From: Escherichia phage SUT_E520
Length of the DNA stretch: 64,000 nt
Strand: one strand, 5' to 3'
Sequence record: OQ990040
Made by a program: the position numbers and the translations under genes. Under the pieces are notes generated by a model. The model did not search any database. It was not told the DNA's origin and saw only the letters and a list, made by a program, of their open reading frames with translations. Below, piece after piece: positions 54,538 through 63,892 of this stretch (the first letter of the stretch is position 1; each line of letters begins with the position of its first letter).

Positions 54538-54927
54538 ATGGAACAAGTATATTGGCGTCAGATTGACCCTAGTTTGGTGAAACGTGCGGAGAAGCTGCTA
54601 CAACGTTGGTTGGGGGTAAGACAAGCCTCCTTCACTTTTCCTGAGCAGCAAATAGATGATCCATGCATTGGCGTTTTCCTGTCTGGATACGCCAGGGAAT
54701 GGGAACTGGATTGGAATGAGTTGTCTGCTATGGGTTTAATTGTTGCCCTAAATTTCTCTTTGTTCCATCCACGTGGTTTTGCCATATGTCGTGTGCCGGA
54801 TGATGGTTGTTCGCCCCATCTTTTACAGGTGGAAAATGATATTTGGGAGTACACTCCAGATATTCTCAAAGAAGCTAAAGAACAATTAAACCGTGTTGGG
54901 ATATATGTTCCGGGATTAAATGACTAA
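54538..54927 (+). CDS. hypothetical protein, tandem paralog B (129 aa)
   Basis: AAGGAGG RBS; paralogous to 54100-54528. Confidence 0.5.
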   Translation: MEQVYWRQIDPSLVKRAEKLLQRWLGVRQASFTFPEQQIDDPCIGVFLSGYAREWELDWNELSAMGLIVALNFSLFHPRGFAICRVPDDGCSPHLLQVENDIWEYTPDILKEAKEQLNRVGIYVPGLND

Positions 54928-55549
54928 TGATTTTTATTAGCTGAACTCTGATTACCGAGTCATTTTGGCTCGGTTTTATCCGTACTCAAGACCAATGATA
55001 GCACCATCCGGAAAATTTTACTTGCAGGATGCTCAAAATCTTGATATAATATTTATATTGAATTGAGAGATATTAGTAAAAATTGATTTTGCTAATTTTT
55101 CTTGTTTACAATCCGCGATACGGAACAGTTAGGCTGCCCAATTAAGGGTTGTTTTAACTGTTACGTGTTAGTTTTTAAACAAATAGTTAATAGAATACTT
55201 AGCGATCTGCGTCCCGTAGGAACCCTGGTAAGGCCTCGAAGCAACCTAGATAGAGGTGGTTGTGAAGTGAGACGGGAGGAGTGAAAAACTCCGAGACGTG
55301 ATTCTGTAAGTTATATTGCATCTAGTATGAGCTAGTACATGAAGCATTAGGTGAGCAAATCTGGCTTAGCGGCCATCCTCAAGGATTTGTGCGGTATAGC
55401 AAAGCAGCAGCGCAGCGTGAAAGTGGAAGTTGCCACCCCACTTCAGTATTTGCGATTAATTTGTTGAGAAATTGACAGTAACAGTTGTTCTATTCTTTCT
55501 GAATAGTCCTAAAGAAAACTTATTTCATTTCCAACACAGGAGTATTGTT

Positions 55550-58339
55550 GTGTTCTCAATCCTACAAGGTCATGCAGGATTTCATCGCGATTTAGCCACA
55601 GGCAATTGGCGAGAAGTTAAAGCAGAAGACTATCTTTTTGCTAAAAGATTTTCCTCAAAGCATCCTGAAGGTAAACCAGCTTCAATGCCCTTCAAGTTTG
55701 ATGTAATTGATGAAGTTGATCCTCAAACCCTAGTAGAAATGCTTCCTCTTATGAGACGTTTAACGTCTGACCCTCATATCGTTGCGGTACGAGGTCGATG
55801 TCTTACACCTAAAAATAATGTGCGACGTAAGAAGGGCAACTTTAATGTATCTAACCCAAGTCATATAATTGCAATGGACGTGGATGGTATTGTAGATACA
55901 GGTGGTTGCAACAAGTTTGATCTTGTTGGCATGGCTCGACATATTATTAGAATGTTAAATAGTATTAGTGAGGATATGTTTCCTCTTGATGCAGGGTTTA
56001 TCGCTCATGCATCGTCTTCGGCTGGGCTAAAACCAGGTATCCGAATGCACTTAATACTAGAATCTAATGTTAAAGTAACTCAGGGTCAAATCAAATTCTT
56101 ATTTACATCTATCAACGAAAGTAGTAGACAAAAGTATGGCTTTGATATTGCCGACTTAGCTTATTACTCTTCCGTACAGCTCCACTATTTTGCAGATCCG
56201 TTATTTACCGATGGTATAGTAGATCCGTTTAAAGCGGAGGGTGCTTCACGTCTGGTATTTGTTAAGGGTTCTAAAGTAAATTTACCCAATAATCTGGTTG
56301 ACTATGAAACAACTAGAGGTGAGTTTAAGGAGGAGTTTTACTCTTTACTCGATCAAATTAAAGGTAAAAAAGCTGCCTCTGATAAAGTAGAGGAAACTAT
56401 CAGCGAACTAGAAGAAGCTGAGGATGGAGTGTATCTACGTATCATACCTAAACTCTATCACAGAGCCTTAGAGGATGGTGTTGATTTTGCATGGCTAGAA
56501 AAAGAAATCCGTCCAGCCTTATCAGAATATATTGCAACTAAAGATAACAGTCGCAATATTCAAGATTACTTTAATAACGGTCGTAAACAGGCTCTGAAAG
56601 CATTTGTTAATAATTCTAAACGTGATATACCTGATGTTTTAAAGGGTATTCCACTTAAAAAGCTAGAAACTAATTCTCTAGAAACTGATAACTTCTTGAA
56701 ATTAAATACTGTACCACCAGAAGGTTATATGACTTTTGTAAAAGCAAGTCTAGGTACAGGTAAAACTACAGCGGTTGTGCGTTGGTTAGATTCAGGAGTT
56801 ATTAAAGGTAATTTCTTAGCAATTACCAATACTAGAGCACTGGTATCTTCAAATGCCAAGAAATTTAGTGCAGGACAATATGATAAGTCTGTAGATATGC
56901 TTAATTTTAAGCGGGGTGCTATTGACCGTATGTCCACAACTATTCACTCTTTGCATAAATTCAAGAGTTTTATTGGTCAAATTGATGCAATCTTTATCGA
57001 TGAATGTGATGCAGTAATGAATGACCTATTATTCGCCCCGGTTGTTAAACAACGTCGCGAGTGTATTCAGGTTCTTCGGGATATTCTTGCAACTGCAAAA
57101 ATCATTATATTATCTGATGGGGATATTAGTGCAGAAACAATTGAAGCATATGGTTCTTTGATTGAGTTTGATAAACCAGTAGCATTTTATAACCATCACC
57201 GTAAAATGCTATCAAAAGCTCATGCTTATGAGTTCCCGGATGAATCCAGTATTTGGGTTGCACTTCAGACTTCTCTAGAGATGGGTGAGAAATCTATCCT
57301 AGTATCTGACTGTGGGCCGGATGAACTGAATGAGAAGGGTATGGCATTGCGTCGTAATACGGGTGCGTTAGTTAAGGAAATCCACTCAAATTCTACATCC
57401 GATGTAGATATTCGACGTATTCTGGATTACACAACTAATGAGCTAATTGATCAACAAATTGATTGCTTATTATGTAGTCCATCCGTAACAAGTGGTGTTG
57501 ACTTCAACTATTTTGATAACGTATTCGTTATTACTAGAACCAGCAACCAAGCGCCAAACATGCGTTTCCAAGCAATCAGGCGCGACCGTGGCGCTCAGAA
57601 CATTTATTATTTTATTGATAAATCTACGAGTGGATTCTCCGCAGGTTCTGAGCAATATAACATTGACGAAGGTTGGCTGGAGTTAGCACAACAATTATAC
57701 GCACGTCGTAGAGAGCTGGAATCTAGGAATTATACTAGTACTTTACGTTATTACTTGCTTGATCAGGGTGCAACTATTGATATTTTCAGTGAAAGCTGGG
57801 GAACTATCGAAGGTGCTGGGAAGGAATATACGGAAGAGCGAATCAAAGCTATTTTATATTCAACTCCTGATTATTGTGCTCCACGTCATGCTGATGCGTA
57901 TGAAGCTAAACTACTTCTTGTTCGCTACTATCATCTTGAGTCTATTAAAGATGTAACAGTTGAGCATGTTGAACAATATATCAAGGATAAACCTAATGAT
58001 CGAGCGGCATTCTTCCATAAAATGCACGAGATGTTCTGGGAAGATATTAAGAAGTGTTCAAATGTCACTATCAAACCATTCATAGAAGCTCTGAAAGGTA
58101 AGAAGAAAGATTTCTTCCTTAAAACAGGTCAGAGTGCTAACCCAAAATATGCCAGAATGTATCTTGGTATGATGGGTATTGGTAAGGATATGAACACTGA
58201 AAATATTGTAGACTGGTACAGAACCTATTGTAAAATCGAGTGTATGCCAATCCCCTATAAGTTTATGACTGATGAGGAGAAACATATGCATGATGAAGCA
58301 ATGGCAGAGCTAGGTGCTAGAAATGACAGTGAAGAATAA
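55550..58339 (+). CDS. large replication protein: N-terminal primase-polymerase-like region plus P-loop helicase (origin-binding/helicase-like)
   Basis: GTG start at 55550 after AGGAG; HIIAMDVDG acidic motif; Walker A SLGTGKTT; Walker B IFIDECD. Confidence 0.55.
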   Translation: MFSILQGHAGFHRDLATGNWREVKAEDYLFAKRFSSKHPEGKPASMPFKFDVIDEVDPQTLVEMLPLMRRLTSDPHIVAVRGRCLTPKNNVRRKKGNFNVSNPSHIIAMDVDGIVDTGGCNKFDLVGMARHIIRMLNSISEDMFPLDAGFIAHASSSAGLKPGIRMHLILESNVKVTQGQIKFLFTSINESSRQKYGFDIADLAYYSSVQLHYFADPLFTDGIVDPFKAEGASRLVFVKGSKVNLPNNLVDYETTRGEFKEEFYSLLDQIKGKKAASDKVEETISELEEAEDGVYLRIIPKLYHRALEDGVDFAWLEKEIRPALSEYIATKDNSRNIQDYFNNGRKQALKAFVNNSKRDIPDVLKGIPLKKLETNSLETDNFLKLNTVPPEGYMTFVKASLGTGKTTAVVRWLDSGVIKGNFLAITNTRALVSSNAKKFSAGQYDKSVDMLNFKRGAIDRMSTTIHSLHKFKSFIGQIDAIFIDECDAVMNDLLFAPVVKQRRECIQVLRDILATAKIIILSDGDISAETIEAYGSLIEFDKPVAFYNHHRKMLSKAHAYEFPDESSIWVALQTSLEMGEKSILVSDCGPDELNEKGMALRRNTGALVKEIHSNSTSDVDIRRILDYTTNELIDQQIDCLLCSPSVTSGVDFNYFDNVFVITRTSNQAPNMRFQAIRRDRGAQNIYYFIDKSTSGFSAGSEQYNIDEGWLELAQQLYARRRELESRNYTSTLRYYLLDQGATIDIFSESWGTIEGAGKEYTEERIKAILYSTPDYCAPRHADAYEAKLLLVRYYHLESIKDVTVEHVEQYIKDKPNDRAAFFHKMHEMFWEDIKKCSNVTIKPFIEALKGKKKDFFLKTGQSANPKYARMYLGMMGIGKDMNTENIVDWYRTYCKIECMPIPYKFMTDEEKHMHDEAMAELGARNDSEE

Positions 58340-58556
58340 AAAATGGGAAACAAGGAAGTTTCCAGTAAAAGAACGTAAAGTTCCTGTTTACGACACTTCG
58401 GAAAAGCTATGTAGGGTGGTACCGCATAGATTAGCTGGCATCCCTAACATATCCGAGTGGTTACTTAAACAACGGAAAACAAACGTGTCTCTTCGTATCG
58501 GCTTTGAATTAGATAAAGTCTATGCTGAACTTGCTTCTTTACTCAAGGAATCGTAA
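58323..58556 (+). CDS. hypothetical basic protein (77 aa)
   Basis: ORF overlapping 3' end of upstream gene. Confidence 0.35.
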   Translation: MTVKNKKWETRKFPVKERKVPVYDTSEKLCRVVPHRLAGIPNISEWLLKQRKTNVSLRIGFELDKVYAELASLLKES

Positions 58557-58564
58557 AAATTTAT

Positions 58565-58593
58565 TTGCATAGTGCAAAAAATTTCTGTATAAT
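58565..58593 (+). promoter_or_regulatory. T5 PN25-like early promoter (-35 TTGCAT, 17 bp, -10 TATAAT)
   Basis: TTCTGTATAATAGATTCATAAATTTGAGAGAGGAGTTTAAATATG is near-identical to my recollection of the T5 PN25 promoter/RBS region. Confidence 0.7.
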
Positions 58594-58624
58594 AGATTCA
58601 TAAATTTGAGAGAGGAGTTTAAAT

Positions 58625-59329
58625 ATGGCTGGTTCTCGTAGAAAGAAACATATCCATGAAATCCCGGATGAAGTCTTTAAAAAGGTTATAGAGCATCTGG
58701 AGAACGGTGGTACCAAGAAAGCAGCATGTGAAATGCTCGGCGTATCATCCAATCCAACTATGGAAAGGATGATTGAAGAATGGCAAGACCGCCAGATTCA
58801 AGTGGCTGAAATGAAGAAAAAGAAACGTGGCACACTCATTGAAGGCATTGAGTTAGCTAACGTTATTGAACAGTATTTGTCTGGTGATTCTTTTGAAGAA
58901 ATTGCCGATCGTAATTACCGCTCTGTAGCAATGGTTAAATCTGTTCTGGAACGATATGGTGCTCTGCTTCGTTTGAATGATATTGTAGATCCATTGAATC
59001 CTCCAATTATTCCTGATGATGCTGTAGCAGAAGAATTTGCAGTTGGTGAGCTTGTTTGGGTTCCTGGATACCAGTGTATCGGTGAAATCAAAAAAGCAAT
59101 GGATAACCCTGTTGGTTGTTACCGTGTATGGCTTCTATCAGAAGGCAAACAACAGAACGTTCATTATATGAATTACGAGCTGGCTTCTGTTAAACATCTG
59201 GAAAAGTTAGGGGTAGACGTAAAATCTCTAGGATATAAGTGGACTCGTGAAGAAATTATTACGTTGATTAACGAAGCTGTTAAGGCTGCCCTGAAACTTG
59301 ATAAAGAAAAAGGAAAACGCCGTGAGTAA
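58625..59329 (+). CDS. helix-turn-helix DNA-binding protein (234 aa)
   Basis: N-terminal HTH-like GGTKKAACEMLGVS; first gene after PN25-like promoter. Confidence 0.5.
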   Translation: MAGSRRKKHIHEIPDEVFKKVIEHLENGGTKKAACEMLGVSSNPTMERMIEEWQDRQIQVAEMKKKKRGTLIEGIELANVIEQYLSGDSFEEIADRNYRSVAMVKSVLERYGALLRLNDIVDPLNPPIIPDDAVAEEFAVGELVWVPGYQCIGEIKKAMDNPVGCYRVWLLSEGKQQNVHYMNYELASVKHLEKLGVDVKSLGYKWTREEIITLINEAVKAALKLDKEKGKRRE

Positions 59330-59573
59330 GCTAACAGATTTGCTTAAAGATGGGGAAGTAAAAACTCTATATCGTAGAAGCTGGGATAATGACAATAATG
59401 GCTTAGTGTTACTAACTTTAGACGCTGACTCAGATGTAGTTACCCAACATACCTGGGTAGCTGGTAATTATCCCTATAGTGAGGTTGTTACGTTAACAGT
59501 ATGCGAAGCTATTGCTGACGATTGGGAGATTGCCAGCATTGATGATATGCTTGCTGTTGGCCTGGTGGAGTAA
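59322..59573 (+). CDS. hypothetical acidic protein (GTG start)
   Basis: GTG at 59322 with AAAGGAAAA RBS; overlaps upstream stop. Confidence 0.35.
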   Translation: MSKLTDLLKDGEVKTLYRRSWDNDNNGLVLLTLDADSDVVTQHTWVAGNYPYSEVVTLTVCEAIADDWEIASIDDMLAVGLVE

Positions 59574-59676
59574 CTACAGAAAAATTTCAGTTGCTTAATC
59601 CTATAATTCTTGATATAATATTCTCATAGTTTGAAAGAACTATTCTGTTTAATTCTTAATTAAGGAAATATAAAAT

Positions 59677-60087
59677 ATGACTACTCCAACTCAGTGGACT
59701 GATGAACTGTTCGAAAAAATGTCTTCCGAATACGTTGCTCGTATGGAGCAATTCCCAGAGGATGAACGTCCGGGTGTTAGCATGGAAATTGTTAGCGAAA
59801 TTGCTCAGGAAAATGGTGTAACTCCGAACGGTTTTCGTATGAAGTTGACCAAAGCAGGTGTATATATCAAGAAAGCTGCTGGCTCTGCTTCTAAATCTAG
59901 TGCATCTACTGGAGAAAAAGCTTCTGGTGGTTCTCGCACTTCCAAAGCCCAAGCTCATGCCGATCTTCGTTCAGCATTCTCTGATGCTGGCCTAGCACCA
60001 GATTTTCTGGATGATGCAATTATCGACAAACTGACCGGTAAAGCGGCTGCTCATCTGGCAGAAGCAATCCGAGCTATCACTAAGTAA
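59677..60087 (+). CDS. hypothetical protein with host-optimal codon usage (136 aa)
   Basis: AAGGAAA RBS; strong bias to ctg/cgt/ggt/gct codons. Confidence 0.5.
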   Translation: MTTPTQWTDELFEKMSSEYVARMEQFPEDERPGVSMEIVSEIAQENGVTPNGFRMKLTKAGVYIKKAAGSASKSSASTGEKASGGSRTSKAQAHADLRSAFSDAGLAPDFLDDAIIDKLTGKAAAHLAEAIRAITK

Positions 60088-60123
60088 TTTTTAGATAAAT
60101 CCACCAACAAAAGGAACACAGTT

Positions 60124-60420
60124 ATGACCAAAGCTGAAATTATCGCACAATGTGAAAAATTTGGTGAGTTTTATCTTCATTACGAGAAACTTCGTCAGAA
60201 AGGAACCACGTACCTTCAGGGTACGATGGAATTTGATCCAGCCCAAGATAAATATCTGGCTGAGCGTATTAAACGTGAACGTATTCGTAAAGCGAAAGAT
60301 GATGAGATCCTTGTCTTCTCTCGTACTAATGATAGCTTCCGTTTTATTCCTGTCGAGAAAGTCCGTCGTGTGACTAGCCTCCAATCAGAGTTAGATCGTG
60401 CTTCTCCAGTAGGCCGATAA
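60124..60420 (+). CDS. hypothetical basic protein (98 aa)
   Basis: ORF followed by terminator hairpin at 60431-60451. Confidence 0.45.
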   Translation: MTKAEIIAQCEKFGEFYLHYEKLRQKGTTYLQGTMEFDPAQDKYLAERIKRERIRKAKDDEILVFSRTNDSFRFIPVEKVRRVTSLQSELDRASPVGR

Positions 60421-60430
60421 GAAACCAATT

Positions 60431-60451
60431 AGCCCCTATATGGGGCTTTTT
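60431..60451 (+). terminator. rho-independent terminator
   Basis: hairpin agcccc-tatat-ggggct followed by TTTTT. Confidence 0.6.
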
Positions 60452-60470
60452 GTGTATTTGGGATATGTAA

Positions 60471-60779
60471 ATGAGCGAACAGGTAAATCAAAACTATGAA
60501 GGACACGTTGATGACCAGTCCATCATACTTTGGGAGAAGGAGGGGGAACAAGTAAGATTAACAGTATCTGAATTTCGTGGGAATCTATACATGGGTATTC
60601 GTTACTGGCTTCTTGATATTAATGATGAATGGTTTCCAACGAAATCTGGCTTCTCTTTTCCTTACACCCTAGAAACAACATCACAGCTTTTCTATGCGTT
60701 TACACAGATTCTTAGCGAATCTGAGGTTTTACATGAAGTACAGAAACGAGCTGAAGAACTCAAAGCCAAGAATGCCTAG
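60471..60779 (+). CDS. PC4/YdbC-like ssDNA-binding protein candidate
   Basis: LTVSEFRGNLYMGIRYWLLDINDEWFPTKSGFSFP resembles bacterial PC4-like domain pattern. Confidence 0.4.
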   Translation: MSEQVNQNYEGHVDDQSIILWEKEGEQVRLTVSEFRGNLYMGIRYWLLDINDEWFPTKSGFSFPYTLETTSQLFYAFTQILSESEVLHEVQKRAEELKAKNA

Positions 60780-60796
60780 TTCTTGGCTTTTTCTTT
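60765..60796 (+). terminator. rho-independent terminator
   Basis: hairpin gccaagaa-tgcctag-ttcttggc followed by TTTTTCTTT. Confidence 0.6.
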
Positions 60797-60806
60797 ATAA
60801 ATGTAT

Positions 60807-60835
60807 TTGCTTTCAACTCAGTTTTGTTATATAAT
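60807..60835 (+). promoter_or_regulatory. T5-type early promoter (-35 TTGCTT, 17 bp, -10 TATAAT)
   Basis: TTGCTT at 60807-60812; TATAAT at 60830-60835. Confidence 0.6.
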
Positions 60836-60865
60836 ATTTATATAAATTAATGAGAGGGTTGCAAA

Positions 60866-61138
60866 GTGAAAAAGATAAGTATAAGTACACTTAAACCTTT
60901 CCCGTACATCGGACAGCCTCTTATACTTATGTGGGAGGGGAAGATTAATGGAGAAAAGTATACTAAAACTAGAAGTGGGTATAAGCTGATTTCACTTCAT
61001 TACGAAAAAGAAGTATTAGTAGCTGAAATATACTCTCCGTTGTCAGATAGGCTAGTAAAAACTACATATTTGCATCTTTGCAAAAATTATACATGGCACG
61101 GATCCACTAGACAACCCACATACTATGAGGCAGAATAA
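60866..61138 (+). CDS. hypothetical protein (GTG start, 90 aa)
   Basis: GTG with GAGGG RBS. Confidence 0.4.
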   Translation: MKKISISTLKPFPYIGQPLILMWEGKINGEKYTKTRSGYKLISLHYEKEVLVAEIYSPLSDRLVKTTYLHLCKNYTWHGSTRQPTYYEAE

Positions 61139-62110
61139 ATGACCAATGTAAAAGACTTTATTAAACGTTGCCAAGAAGCATATTATCAAGGTATGTCTTT
61201 AATCTCTGATGAAGAGTATGATTGCCTGGTAAAACGCTTTCCGTTAGAAGAAGAGATCGGACCTAAGGGCGATATTCCACATCTGTATCGTATGTATTCT
61301 TTACAGAAAGTTTATTATAATCGTGGAGATAAACCTCCGTTTAACCCGTTAGGTCAAGTAGAAACTGATAAGTTAGATGGTTGTGCAATTTCTCTGTTAT
61401 ATATTAATGGCGAATTTGTTCAAGCACTAACTCGTGGTAATGGTATTCTAGGGAATGATGTCACAAGCAACGTAAGATTGCTGAATATCCCTAAAAAGAT
61501 TTCCCAAAAAGTACCTACTCAAATCACTGGTGAAGTTCTAATTACAAAAGAAGTAGAAAATAAACGTAACTTTGCCTCTGGTGCTATTAACCTCAAAGAT
61601 AGTGATGATTTTGTACAACGTATCGGAGAAGGTGGTTTAATCTTCGTTGCATATGGTATCCAGTGTTCTGCTGAATCTGTAGGTATTACAGAAGCATATT
61701 TAAAAGATATGCTTTGGCTGGAGAATGAGAACTTCTTAACAGTTGTTAATGTGCGTTCCTTCTTTAAATGGATTCCGACGGATGGTAAAGTTGTTCGTAT
61801 TAATGACAACAACAAATTCTTCCGTGAAGGCTGGACTAATAAATTCCCTCGTGGAGCATTCGCTATTAAAGAGGATGAAGAAGGCGAGGTTACAACTCTT
61901 ACTAAAGTTGAATGGCAGGTAGGGGCTTCTGGTAAAGTAACTCCAGTTGGTTATTTCGAACCGGTAATTATTGATGATGCTACAATTGTTAAAGCGACTC
62001 TTAATAACGTTGATTATATTAACTCTCTTGATCTAGAGATCGGTTGCCAGATTCGAGTGATTCGTGCTGGTGGTGTAATCCCGTGCATAGTAGAGCGAGT
62101 ATACGAGTAA
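61139..62110 (+). CDS. NAD-dependent DNA ligase, N-terminal part (adenylation and OB domains)
   Basis: KxDG adenylation motif in ETDKLDGCAISLLY; N-terminal Ia-like region. Confidence 0.65.
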   Translation: MTNVKDFIKRCQEAYYQGMSLISDEEYDCLVKRFPLEEEIGPKGDIPHLYRMYSLQKVYYNRGDKPPFNPLGQVETDKLDGCAISLLYINGEFVQALTRGNGILGNDVTSNVRLLNIPKKISQKVPTQITGEVLITKEVENKRNFASGAINLKDSDDFVQRIGEGGLIFVAYGIQCSAESVGITEAYLKDMLWLENENFLTVVNVRSFFKWIPTDGKVVRINDNNKFFREGWTNKFPRGAFAIKEDEEGEVTTLTKVEWQVGASGKVTPVGYFEPVIIDDATIVKATLNNVDYINSLDLEIGCQIRVIRAGGVIPCIVERVYE

Positions 62111-62253
62111 TACATAACCCTTTGCTACCCATCTACCATATCGGAATTATAAAGTGGTTATTGACATTTTCGCCGCTTAGGTATATACTAGTATCATTCA
62201 GTTGAGGGATAGAAAGTTATGGCGAGGGTAAGCAAAGTTAGTTAAAATTGTAG

Positions 62254-62282
62254 TTGCTAAATGCTTAAATACTTGCTATAAT
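62254..62282 (+). promoter_or_regulatory. T5-type promoter inside the ligase intergenic spacer (-35 TTGCTA, 17 bp, -10 TATAAT)
   Basis: TTGCTA at 62254-62259; TATAAT at 62277-62282. Confidence 0.5.
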
Positions 62283-62309
62283 ATTTATATAAATTGATAA
62301 GGAAGAAAT

Positions 62310-63083
62310 TTGATGAAAATCGAAATTCCAACACAATGTCCCTCTTGTGGTTCTAAGCTAGATCTTGTCAACGGACAATTATTTTGTCGGAATAAGTCCA
62401 ACTGTCCAGCGCAATCAAGTAAGTTAATTGAGAACTTCTGTACAAAAATGAAGTTAAAGGGTTTTGGTCCAAAAACTATTGAGAAGCTGGAGCTGACGAA
62501 GATTTCAGAACTATTTTACCTAACCGAAGAAGATTTGGTTAGAGCCGTGGGTAGCAAGGTTGCCGCTAAGTTAATTAGCGAATTAAATACTAAAGTTCGC
62601 GGAGACATTGACTTTGGTTCAGTTCTCGGTTCTTTAGGAATCCCTCTAATTGGAGAGGTTGCAGCAAAGAAATTATCCCAAAATTGCACTAGCTTCCACG
62701 ATGTGAAGGCTGACGGCAAGGCTGGAGAAAATTATAAAGCCTGGCTAAATTCCCCACAAGGCAAGGATGTTATCGAATTACCGTGGAAATTCTCAACTGG
62801 TGCTAAAGCTAAAACCGTCGTTACTGATGATTTAGTTGCCCAGCCAAATGGAATCGCGGTATGTATTACCGGATCTTTGCAAGACTTTGCAAATCGAACG
62901 GATGCAACAAACTATTTAGAAGGTCTAGGATATACGGTTAAGAAATCTGTTACCAAAGACGTCAAATACCTAATCTGTGAGGATGAATCGAAGCGTTCTT
63001 CCTCATCTTATAAGAAAGCCGAAACGAATGGGATAGAAATCCTGTCGATTAAAGAACTATTGGAGAAAAATAATAATGTCTAA
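62310..63083 (+). CDS. NAD-dependent DNA ligase, C-terminal part (Zn finger, HhH, BRCT)
   Basis: CPSCGSKLDLVNGQLFCRNKSNCPAQ Zn-finger, HhH-like GIPLIGEVAAKKL, BRCT-like IAVCITGSL. Confidence 0.6.
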   Translation: MMKIEIPTQCPSCGSKLDLVNGQLFCRNKSNCPAQSSKLIENFCTKMKLKGFGPKTIEKLELTKISELFYLTEEDLVRAVGSKVAAKLISELNTKVRGDIDFGSVLGSLGIPLIGEVAAKKLSQNCTSFHDVKADGKAGENYKAWLNSPQGKDVIELPWKFSTGAKAKTVVTDDLVAQPNGIAVCITGSLQDFANRTDATNYLEGLGYTVKKSVTKDVKYLICEDESKRSSSSYKKAETNGIEILSIKELLEKNNNV

Positions 63084-63843
63084 ACTGAACTGGAACGTAG
63101 AAGGTGTAACCGAGTCTCTGAAAGCAAAAGCCACTGCTCTGGGTGTTTCTGTAATCTCTCAAGAACAAGTAGCCGCTATCGCCGCTGAACTGGCTGCTGA
63201 AACTGGCAAAGATGTTACCGCTCGCTCTGTTGGCTCTAAACTGCGTAAAGAAGGTTTTGAAGTACAGAAAGCTAACGAAGTACAGAAATCCCCGTGGACT
63301 CCTGAGCAGGAAGCTGAACTGGTTGATTTCCTGAACGCTCATGCTGGTCAGTATACCTATGCTGAAATCGCTGCTGCTGTAGCTGGTGGTCAGTTCGGTG
63401 CTAAGCAGGTACAGGGTAAGATTCTGAGCCTGGAAATGACCGCTTCTGTTAAACCAACTGAAAAAGCTGCTGCTGTTCGTTCCTTTACTCCGGATGAAGA
63501 AACTGATTTTGTTAATCAGGTTGTTGCTGGTGCTACTATTGAAGCTATCGCTGCTCACTTCGGTCGCAATATTAAGCAGATCCGTGGTAAAGCTCTGAGT
63601 CTGCTTCGTGAAGGTCGTATCGCTGCTATGCCGGTACAGGAAACCTCAAGTGCTAAAACTCGTGAAGATCTGTTAGAAGGTCTGGATCTGGTTAACATGA
63701 CTGTTGCTGAGATCGCTGAGAAAACTGGTAAATCTGAGCGCGGTGTTAAATCTATGCTGTCTCGTCGTGGTCTGGTTGCTAAGGACTATGATGGTGCCGC
63801 TAAGCGTGCTAAACTGGATGCAAAAGCTGCGGCTGCTGAATAA
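63076..63843 (+). CDS. protein with four tandem HTH-like repeats, host-optimal codon usage
   Basis: four repeats of an xxEIAxxxGxxxxxVxxKxxxL-type motif; strong ctg/gct/cgt codon bias. Confidence 0.5.
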   Translation: MSKLNWNVEGVTESLKAKATALGVSVISQEQVAAIAAELAAETGKDVTARSVGSKLRKEGFEVQKANEVQKSPWTPEQEAELVDFLNAHAGQYTYAEIAAAVAGGQFGAKQVQGKILSLEMTASVKPTEKAAAVRSFTPDEETDFVNQVVAGATIEAIAAHFGRNIKQIRGKALSLLREGRIAAMPVQETSSAKTREDLLEGLDLVNMTVAEIAEKTGKSERGVKSMLSRRGLVAKDYDGAAKRAKLDAKAAAAE

Positions 63844-63860
63844 TCTGGTAAATTAAACCT

Positions 63861-63892
63861 AAGGGGAGGGGGCTATGCTCCTTCCCCTTTTT
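63861..63892 (+). terminator. rho-independent terminator
   Basis: hairpin aaggggagg...ccttcccctt followed by TTTTT. Confidence 0.55.
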
